From: Gammaproteobacteria bacterium
GTDB taxonomy: Bacteria > Pseudomonadota > Gammaproteobacteria > Burkholderiales > SG8-39
Length of the DNA stretch: 40,987 bases
NCBI GenBank assembly: GCA_041488375.1
Contig: JBGPPD010000004.1
Location: 1-40,987, forward strand
Reading direction: 5' to 3'
In this document: one piece after another, positions 34,618 through 40,987 of the stretch
Layout: each line of letters begins with the position of its first letter
Numbering within the stretch: the stretch's first letter is position 1
The notes under the pieces: generated by a model
The model's input: the letters and a program-made list of their open reading frames with translations, nothing else
Told to the model about the DNA's origin: nothing
The model's database searches: none
Made by a program: the position numbers and the translations under genes

Positions 34618-36447
34618 TCAATCAAGTTCGAATGCCGACTCGTAGTTCCGCTTGAGCGCCGGATCCTGGTCGCCCTTGCGCAGGTAACAATTGCCGACGG
34701 CCAGGACGTCCAGCTCGGTGCCCATAAAGCACCGAAAAGCGTCCTCCGGCGTGCCCACGATCGGCTCGCCGCGCACGTTGAAGCTGGTGTTCACCACGAC
34801 CGGACAGCCCGTCTTGCGTTCAAACGCGGACAGCAAGGCGTGATAGCGCGGGTTGGTGTCTTCGTGCACCGTCTGGATGCGCGCGGAGTAGTCAATATGC
34901 GTAACTGCAGGTATGTCGGACCGTGGCACGTTGAGCTTGTCGATTCCGAATAGCTGCTCTTCCTCAGCTGTCATGTCGCGACGCCGGGACTTCACCACAT
35001 CAGCCACCAGCAGCATGTACGGACTGTCGCAATCGAGCTCGAACCAGTCGCTCACGCGCTCGCGCAGGACCGATGGCGCAAACGGCCTGAAGGACTCGCG
35101 GTATTTGACCTTGAGGTTGAGCATTTTTTGCATGGTCGGCGAGCGCGGATCGCCCAGGATCGAGCGGTTGCCGAGCGCGCGTGGGCCAAACTCCATTCTT
35201 CCCTGGAACCAGCCGAGCGCTTTGCCCTGCGCCAAGTCTTCCGCGGCAGTCGCGATCAACGCGGCATCATCCAGCACTACGATTCGCGCTCCGCAGCTTT
35301 TCAGGCGTGACTCGATGTCTGGAAGCGCAAACGCGGGCCCGAGGTAAGCGCCCCTCATGGCGTCGCCATTGGCCGTTCGCTTCTGACCCCGCTGCATGTG
35401 GTAGCCGACCAACGCCGCACCCAAGGCACCTCCCGCATCCCCCGCGGCGGGCTGGATGTAGATCTGTTCGAAGGGGCCATCGCGCAAGACCTTTCCGTTA
35501 GCCACGCAGTTGAGCGCGACTCCACCTGCCAGGCAGAGATTCCTGAGCCCCGTTTCCTTGTGCAGCGATTGCGTAAGGCGCAGCACCACCTCCTCCGTCA
35601 CCACCTGGATCGATGCGGCCAGATCCATATGCCGCTGCGTCAGAAGCTGGTCGGGCTTGCGCGCCGGTCCGCCGAACAGGCCGTCGAATTTCGCATTCGT
35701 CATGGTCAGGCCGGTACAGTAGTCGAAATACGAAAGATCCAGCCTGAACGACCCGTCGGCTTTCACATCGATCAGGTTTCCAAGGATCTTGTCCGCGTAC
35801 TTTGGCTCGCCATAGGGCGCCAGACCCATGACCTTGTATTCACCGGAATTTACCTTGAATCCAGTGTAGTAGGTCAAGGCCGAATACAGTAGGCCCAGTG
35901 AATGCGGGAAGTGGATTTCCTTGCGAACTTCAAGGCTATGTCCCTTGCCGATCGCGGCGGAGGTAGTCGCCCATTCACCCACGCCGTCCATCGTCAGAAC
36001 GACTGCCTCGTCGAAGGGTGACGGAAAGAAAGCGCTCGCTGCGTGGCTCAGATGGTGCTCGCTGAACAGCAGCTCCTGGTTCCAGCCACCGCCCCCATCG
36101 AGATTCCCGAACTCCTTTTTCAGCAGGTCCTTCAGGAAGAGCTTTTCCCGCAGCCACAAGGGAATCGCCATCCTGAACGACTTGAACCCAACCGGCGCGA
36201 AGGTCAAATACGTCTCGACCAGCCGCTCGAACTTCAGGAACGGCTTGTCGTAGAACACTATGTGATCCACGCCGCCCAAGGCGACCCCGCCTTCGTACAA
36301 GCAGTAGCGGATCGCATCTGCGGGGAACCGGGAATCGTGCTTCTTGCGCGAGAATCGCTCTTCCTGCGCGGCGGCCACAATGCGGCCGTCCTCGATCAGC
36401 GCGGCGGCGCTGTCGTGATAGTAAGCCGAGATCCCGAGTACTCGCAC
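34618..36447 (-). CDS. Carbamoyltransferase, NodU/CmcH family (copy 2; SxtI-like)
   Basis: GTG 36447: VRVLGISAYYHDSAAA, QEERFSRKKH, YDKPFLKFERL, EHHLSHAASAF, GEYKVMGLAPYG, KYRESFRPFAP, NTSFNVRGEP, FELD*. Confidence 0.95.
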   Translation of the reverse strand: MRVLGISAYYHDSAAALIEDGRIVAAAQEERFSRKKHDSRFPADAIRYCLYEGGVALGGVDHIVFYDKPFLKFERLVETYLTFAPVGFKSFRMAIPLWLREKLFLKDLLKKEFGNLDGGGGWNQELLFSEHHLSHAASAFFPSPFDEAVVLTMDGVGEWATTSAAIGKGHSLEVRKEIHFPHSLGLLYSALTYYTGFKVNSGEYKVMGLAPYGEPKYADKILGNLIDVKADGSFRLDLSYFDYCTGLTMTNAKFDGLFGGPARKPDQLLTQRHMDLAASIQVVTEEVVLRLTQSLHKETGLRNLCLAGGVALNCVANGKVLRDGPFEQIYIQPAAGDAGGALGAALVGYHMQRGQKRTANGDAMRGAYLGPAFALPDIESRLKSCGARIVVLDDAALIATAAEDLAQGKALGWFQGRMEFGPRALGNRSILGDPRSPTMQKMLNLKVKYRESFRPFAPSVLRERVSDWFELDCDSPYMLLVADVVKSRRRDMTAEEEQLFGIDKLNVPRSDIPAVTHIDYSARIQTVHEDTNPRYHALLSAFERKTGCPVVVNTSFNVRGEPIVGTPEDAFRCFMGTELDVLAVGNCYLRKGDQDPALKRNYESAFELD

Positions 36448-36458
36448 GCCCGCCCCTC

Positions 36459-36608
36459 TCAGAACAGTGTGTAGATGAACGGCGCGACAGCTGAACCGTG
36501 AGCCAGAACGATCAGAACCCCCAACAGCGCCATCATGATGAAGATCGGCCAGAGCCAGTACTTCTTTCGGCTGCTCAGAAAAGCCCACAATTCCCTGATC
36601 ATCGACAT
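36459..36608 (-). CDS. Small membrane protein, SxtK-like / DUF5989-type (49 aa), C-terminal FIYTLF
   Basis: Below the ORF-track length cutoff. Manual translation: MSMIRELWAFLSSRKKYWLWPIFIMMALLGVLIVLAHGSAVAPFIYTLF*. RBS AGGAAAG; lies between the SxtJ-like gene and the carbamoyltransferase. Confidence 0.9.
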   Translation of the reverse strand: MSMIRELWAFLSSRKKYWLWPIFIMMALLGVLIVLAHGSAVAPFIYTLF

Positions 36609-36617
36609 GGTGCTTTC

Positions 36618-37037
36618 CTAGAACTGGTTGGTCATGGAATCTGGCGGCGGTCCGGGCGGATCACGCGGTATCCAGTACGAAACCGCGCGCGCATCGCGCT
36701 TGAGACGCAGCGGGTCCTTTCCCGTGAGACGCATCGCAACCCCTAGCGGCGTGAGAACCCCGTAGAACAACACGCCGAGCGCGATCGGGCTGACCACCTT
36801 GCCGAGCAGAACGCCCAACCTGGTCCACCAGCGATTGAGCCCTGCGAGCGAAGACGGCCTGAGTAGCGCGACCACGGCAAACAGCCCGGACGCCAGGAAC
36901 GCCCACCATCGCGGCGCTTCAGCGTGCAAGAGCGGCACTCCACCTATCAGGAGAAACGCCGCCGCAAACACCAGGCCAAAGCTGCGATCGGACGAACTCT
37001 CCAAGCGCTGTTCCCGAGTCAGGTCTTCATGTGCCAT
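36618..37037 (-). CDS. SxtJ-family membrane protein
   Basis: SDRSFGLVF, LNRWWTRLG.LLGKVVSPIALGVLFYGVLTPLG..MRLTGKDPL, SYWIPR, SMTNQF. Confidence 0.88.
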   Translation of the reverse strand: MAHEDLTREQRLESSSDRSFGLVFAAAFLLIGGVPLLHAEAPRWWAFLASGLFAVVALLRPSSLAGLNRWWTRLGVLLGKVVSPIALGVLFYGVLTPLGVAMRLTGKDPLRLKRDARAVSYWIPRDPPGPPPDSMTNQF

Positions 37038-37149
37038 AAGCGCGTCAATTATCGTTCAGTCGGAGTGCTTGCGCTTACCTTAGGGGCCGAGCGGCTCTAA
37101 CAAATTATTACGCAATTCGACATTCCTGTGCCCGCGCCCGCGCAGCGCT

Positions 37150-38523
37150 TTATCTGGCCGAATTCAGCATCCCGTGAGCGAGCAAATAGTCCGTCACCAA
37201 CTGCGCCGCCAACCGCTGGCCTGCGGCGTTCCAGTGGTCGTCGCCGCCGTGGAAATAAAGAGCGTTCGGGTGGTTCGCGCGAAAGACATCGTAGAGGCTG
37301 ACGAACGGCACGCCCAGCGCCCGGGCCGCGTCCTCCAGCGGAGCGATCTGATTGCGCCCGTCATACTCAGGATAGCGCTTGCGGTCGACCCGCCAATCGT
37401 CGTACTGATCCGTCACGTCAAACGGGTGCGGGATAAAGAGGAAAGCCAGCGGCACGCCGCTCCGTGCGGTCACGTCGCGCATTCTCCGCAGCACTGCACG
37501 CATCAGCGCAATTTCGTAGCGCGCAGAGGCGCTCCGCGGAGTCAAGCTGACGTTTGCGCTGTAGTAATCCGTGTAGATATTGGTGACTACGTCGTCTCGT
37601 TCGGCGACGAAGTTCCGGTACTCGCGCTCCGATTCAGCCAGCAGGAAGTCCATGTCGATGAGGTCCGCCGTATTCCCTCTCTTGTAGCGTTGCAAGATAT
37701 TTCGCACTCCCCGCTTGAGTATCGACTCCTGCTGGCCGAGTGCGAAAAGCATGCGCAGCTTGCGGTCGAGTTTCCAGCGGTTGGTCACCAGACCGCCGTC
37801 GGCGCCAAGCAGGAACATCTTGTTGCGCATGAGATCGCCGTAGTCGTTGCCAGCGAAGATCGCCATGATGACAAGAGAAGGACGGAGCCCGGGAAGTTCG
37901 TCTTCCATCTTGAGGCTCTCCTGATCCGGCCCATAGGAGCTCACGCCCGCGTTGACGGTCTCCACTTGCTTGCCGAGGCGGCGCGAGAGCATCGCGCCGA
38001 GTTGGGCCACGAAAGTCTCCTCCTCCGCAGTGTAGAACGCGTGAATGAACGAGTCACCATAGACGGCTATGCGAATCCCCTCGCCGGCAGGCTGCAATTC
38101 ATTGCCGCGAAAGCCGGCGGAATTGATGCGATGCGTCACCGTGACGCCGCCATTCAATGGAGCGCGCGTCATCGCGCTCCGGCGATTCGGAATGAACTTG
38201 AAAATCAGCCGGTCGTCGTACTGGTAAATGGGGCGCAAGCGCGGCCCAAGCAGGCTTTCTCCTGCGATTTCGGCAATGGCGAGCATGAGGAGGCTGGTGA
38301 CCGCCAGAACCAGGATGCGTGCGCGAATCGCGGCTGGGAGAAACGAGCAAATCGCAATGCCTCCACCAGCGAAAGCGATCAGCGCCTGAAAACCGCCAAA
38401 TCCTCGCTCGCCCCCATAGAACGGATGATCGGAAATCGCATACGCGATCATCGTCGCACCTATCAGGAGCAACAGGATCCTCACAATCCGGGTGCGGGAG
38501 TCAGACACAGGATTGGAATTCAT
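37150..38523 (-). CDS. Membrane-anchored SGNH/GDSL-family protein
   Basis: Three N-terminal hydrophobic segments; INSAGFR, VYGDSF, NAGVSSYGP, FAGND, YFHGGDDHWNAAG. Start 38523 or 38541. Confidence 0.87.
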   Translation of the reverse strand: MNSNPVSDSRTRIVRILLLLIGATMIAYAISDHPFYGGERGFGGFQALIAFAGGGIAICSFLPAAIRARILVLAVTSLLMLAIAEIAGESLLGPRLRPIYQYDDRLIFKFIPNRRSAMTRAPLNGGVTVTHRINSAGFRGNELQPAGEGIRIAVYGDSFIHAFYTAEEETFVAQLGAMLSRRLGKQVETVNAGVSSYGPDQESLKMEDELPGLRPSLVIMAIFAGNDYGDLMRNKMFLLGADGGLVTNRWKLDRKLRMLFALGQQESILKRGVRNILQRYKRGNTADLIDMDFLLAESEREYRNFVAERDDVVTNIYTDYYSANVSLTPRSASARYEIALMRAVLRRMRDVTARSGVPLAFLFIPHPFDVTDQYDDWRVDRKRYPEYDGRNQIAPLEDAARALGVPFVSLYDVFRANHPNALYFHGGDDHWNAAGQRLAAQLVTDYLLAHGMLNSAR

Positions 38524-38564
38524 GACAATCAGTCTATACACAAGGCGAAGGGGCGCCTATTTCG

Positions 38565-39221
38565 CTAGACAGGCCAGAAGCAGCACTTCACCCAGATCAA
38601 TCCGAACGTTTGCTCGAAAACGGCCTTGGCGCCGACGCTGGTTTGCCACCACGCATCGCCGTCGTATTCCTGCGATCGAGCTGCGTACACCCCCACCCTG
38701 ACGTGCGACCCGAACGCAAGCTGATACAGAATGCGGGAACGGCGAGCGTGAACGTCCCACGAGAAGACGTCGAGCGAGTCGATCGCAAGTCCGGATCGTT
38801 TCGCCCACTCTCGAATCATGACCGCGCTCAGATAGGTACGGTTGCGCGCCGACTCCGGGCTGGGAACAGCGGTCACGGACGCATCCCGGATTCCATGGTG
38901 CCTTAGGTACTCGGCCGCCAAGTCCGCATACGTGGCGTGGTGCCGCTGCTCGGGCCAGCTTTGGATTGGCCCCCCGCTGGTCACGATTTGCTCGTAGCCC
39001 TTCGCGTGAAACGTGATGATGGCCTGGTCGAGGCCCTCGGGTTCCATCCAGCCCTCGACGGCCAGGATGCGTGCGCCGACGGGACGGGTCAAGGCGAGGA
39101 ATGAGTGGAGGCTGCTGGCAACGATTGCGGAAATCGCGCCACCGACCAAGAGCAGCGCGAGCCATCCCCAGATCGTCGGGAGCCATATCTCACGCCTACG
39201 CGCGAAGGACGGTCGCTTCAT
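38565..39221 (-). CDS. YdcF/DUF218 (ElyC/SanA-like) membrane protein
   Basis: N-terminal TM; LAVEGW, IVTSGG, RNRTYLSA, HARRSR, WWQTSVGAKAVFEQ. Confidence 0.8.
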   Translation of the reverse strand: MKRPSFARRREIWLPTIWGWLALLLVGGAISAIVASSLHSFLALTRPVGARILAVEGWMEPEGLDQAIITFHAKGYEQIVTSGGPIQSWPEQRHHATYADLAAEYLRHHGIRDASVTAVPSPESARNRTYLSAVMIREWAKRSGLAIDSLDVFSWDVHARRSRILYQLAFGSHVRVGVYAARSQEYDGDAWWQTSVGAKAVFEQTFGLIWVKCCFWPV

Positions 39222-39342
39222 CGCCAGCGCGAGTCAACGTGGCCCCGGGTGCCAACCCCTCGTGCGAAACGCAAGCGCCGCAGCTTGTCAGTCACCTTGG
39301 TACGGAAGAACCCGGTCAGTGCAATTGGGGTGGCCGGAGCCG

Positions 39343-40987
39343 CTACCTCAGCAGCAGCCAGTAAGTGCCGAGATTGCGATCGAGATTGATGAGGTACCGT
39401 CCATCCTTGTAGAGCGTCGTCATCTCCTGCCGCTGCAGCCCAGGCCCGCCTTGCGAGTGCTTGTAGGGCGAGCCCTCGTCCGCGGACTCGTTGCTCGAGT
39501 AGAGCTTGAGCCCGCCGGGCGCGCGAATCGCGAGCTGGCCTTCAACTGGTTCCGAGTAGTACGGCAATCGATTCCCGGTTTGGGGAATGGATCGCGCGCC
39601 GACCGAAATGAGTATCGTGCGGGAGTTGCGGATCGGGCTTTCGCTCAGACTCTGAACAGCGACAGTCGCGTTTCGCGTGATCACGCCAATGCTCACGTCC
39701 GCGAGATTGATTTTCATTCCACCGATCCATCCGGTAACGGCCTGGCTGCGGGGGCTATCGATGACAAAGGTGCCCTTCTCCCAGTTGCGCCGAAGCTCGC
39801 CGGTATCGGAGATTGCCTCCGCGGCATCGACGTTGATGACGGAGTGCTTTGGGTCAGCAATGACTCTAGCGCCCTCCGGTATCGGCGATCGCGCCAGCCA
39901 TGGCAATTCCTTCGTATGCGGCAGCACGATGAGCAGCTTGCCCTTCTCTACCGCGGTACGCAGGCCGGCGGCATTTTCCGGAGAAACGGATTGATTGAAG
40001 AGCTGCTCGCTGCTGGGAGCATAGGCGTAGATATCCGTGGCCTCCCGGACATCGCCTCGCCGGTAAAGAAGCGCTGCAGCCGGCAAGGTGGCCAGCATTG
40101 CCGGGTCGTTGAAGGCGGCCCAGTTGGAGGGTGCTCCCGGCGAGTTCAGCGCTACCTGCGAGTAGGCGTAATGCATCAGCGCTTTCCATCCCTGATGGCT
40201 GGCTGAGGCGGCAACGTACAGTGGAACGCTGTGCCGGTCGGGGACCGGGAAACCTTCAACGTTCCATTCAGTTGCGCTCAGAGGCCTGCCCGCAATCTGC
40301 GCCGCGGCGATCCAGTGCACCAGGCCAGGCGCGTACACCGGGTTCTTTTCCAATTCTCCGACACCGCCATAGGAGTGCGCGTCGATGATGTCCCCCGCTG
40401 TCAGGGCGGGCAGGGAGCTCAGCGGACTAGCGCCCCAAGTGCTCGTCGTGACAACAGGAATCTTGACGCCTTGCGCCCGCAGATGCGCGATCATTTCTGC
40501 GCCGAAACGATATTCGAGGTCGTTGAGAAACAACTTCGACGGGCCCGGCTCCCACGATCGCCACACCTTCTCCCTGGGCAGGCCGCGGGATTGAGCAAAC
40601 GCCTCGGCCTTGCTCATGTACAGGGCACTGTGCTGGGGGACGCTCTTCGCGGGCAGCAGGGCGTTCCCGTAGTGGTGGGTGAGGTCGTTTTCGTTGGTGA
40701 TGAGCATCGCGACGATGGCCGGGTCCTCCTTGTAGCGCAGTCCCGTGTGCGCATTGCTGCGATTCACATATGCTTCGTTGAACGCTTTCATCGCCTGCTG
40801 AATACTGGCGTTGACGTAGTTGTACCCCTTCAGTTCCGCGGTGGGTTTGCCCTTGCTTATTTCCGCGAATCCTTCGATTCCGTCGCCGACCTTGAACTGC
40901 CGCCCGACGTGAAGGTCCAGCCAGACATAGATGCCTTCGTCCTTCAGACACTTGATCCACCAATCCAGCTTTTCGAGCATGGCGGGA
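39343..40987 (-). CDS. Glycoside hydrolase, GH-A clan (GH5-like); 5' end runs off the right edge
   Basis: GIYVWLDLH, NAHTGLRYKEDPAI, ITNEND (acid/base), IDAHSY, LSATEWN (nucleophile). The frame is open to the window edge. Confidence 0.78.
   Translation of the reverse strand, partial: PAMLEKLDWWIKCLKDEGIYVWLDLHVGRQFKVGDGIEGFAEISKGKPTAELKGYNYVNASIQQAMKAFNEAYVNRSNAHTGLRYKEDPAIVAMLITNENDLTHHYGNALLPAKSVPQHSALYMSKAEAFAQSRGLPREKVWRSWEPGPSKLFLNDLEYRFGAEMIAHLRAQGVKIPVVTTSTWGASPLSSLPALTAGDIIDAHSYGGVGELEKNPVYAPGLVHWIAAAQIAGRPLSATEWNVEGFPVPDRHSVPLYVAASASHQGWKALMHYAYSQVALNSPGAPSNWAAFNDPAMLATLPAAALLYRRGDVREATDIYAYAPSSEQLFNQSVSPENAAGLRTAVEKGKLLIVLPHTKELPWLARSPIPEGARVIADPKHSVINVDAAEAISDTGELRRNWEKGTFVIDSPRSQAVTGWIGGMKINLADVSIGVITRNATVAVQSLSESPIRNSRTILISVGARSIPQTGNRLPYYSEPVEGQLAIRAPGGLKLYSSNESADEGSPYKHSQGGPGLQRQEMTTLYKDGRYLINLDRNLGTYWLLLR

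Noticed and set aside
34618-38523. Saxitoxin biosynthesis cluster
   Set aside because: Only sxtI/J/K/L-like genes are present. There is no sxtA, sxtG or other core gene, and the context is polysaccharide synthesis.

Overview
High-GC bacterial window (probably Proteobacteria; lineage cannot be determined from sequence alone). It holds about 36 tightly packed CDS and no visible rRNA, tRNA, CRISPR array or mobile element. Left ~10.6 kb: a carrier-protein biosynthetic block with an amino acid:[carrier protein] ligase (atypical SerRS homolog), an atypical acyl-CoA dehydrogenase, two acyl carrier proteins, two adenylate-forming ligases, a FabG-like SDR, a SnoaL/NTF2 protein, an HSL-type esterase, a PLP decarboxylase and MetY. 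Remaining ~30 kb: a heavily decorated exopolysaccharide/capsule locus with GT2 x3, GT4 x2, a WecB/TagA-STAS fusion, Wzx flippase, two polysaccharide deacetylases, a CapK-like ligase, a CelD/BcsL GNAT, kinase-like and methyltransferase-like orphans, SDR, GMC oxidoreductase, DUF218, a GH5-like hydrolase and a FN3x5-PKD-beta-helix lipoprotein. Main observation: two separate NodU/CmcH carbamoyltransferase modules, each with an SGNH protein and a small protein ending in a DltX/MBOAT-type tyrosine acyl-shuttle motif (FIYTLF in a 49-aa membrane peptide missing from the ORF track; FIYVMY in a 116-aa soluble orphan). No MBOAT lies in the window. This suggests a tyrosine-relay carbamoylation system in a membrane form and a soluble form; the mechanism is inference. 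All calls come from reading motifs by eye, with no database searches.
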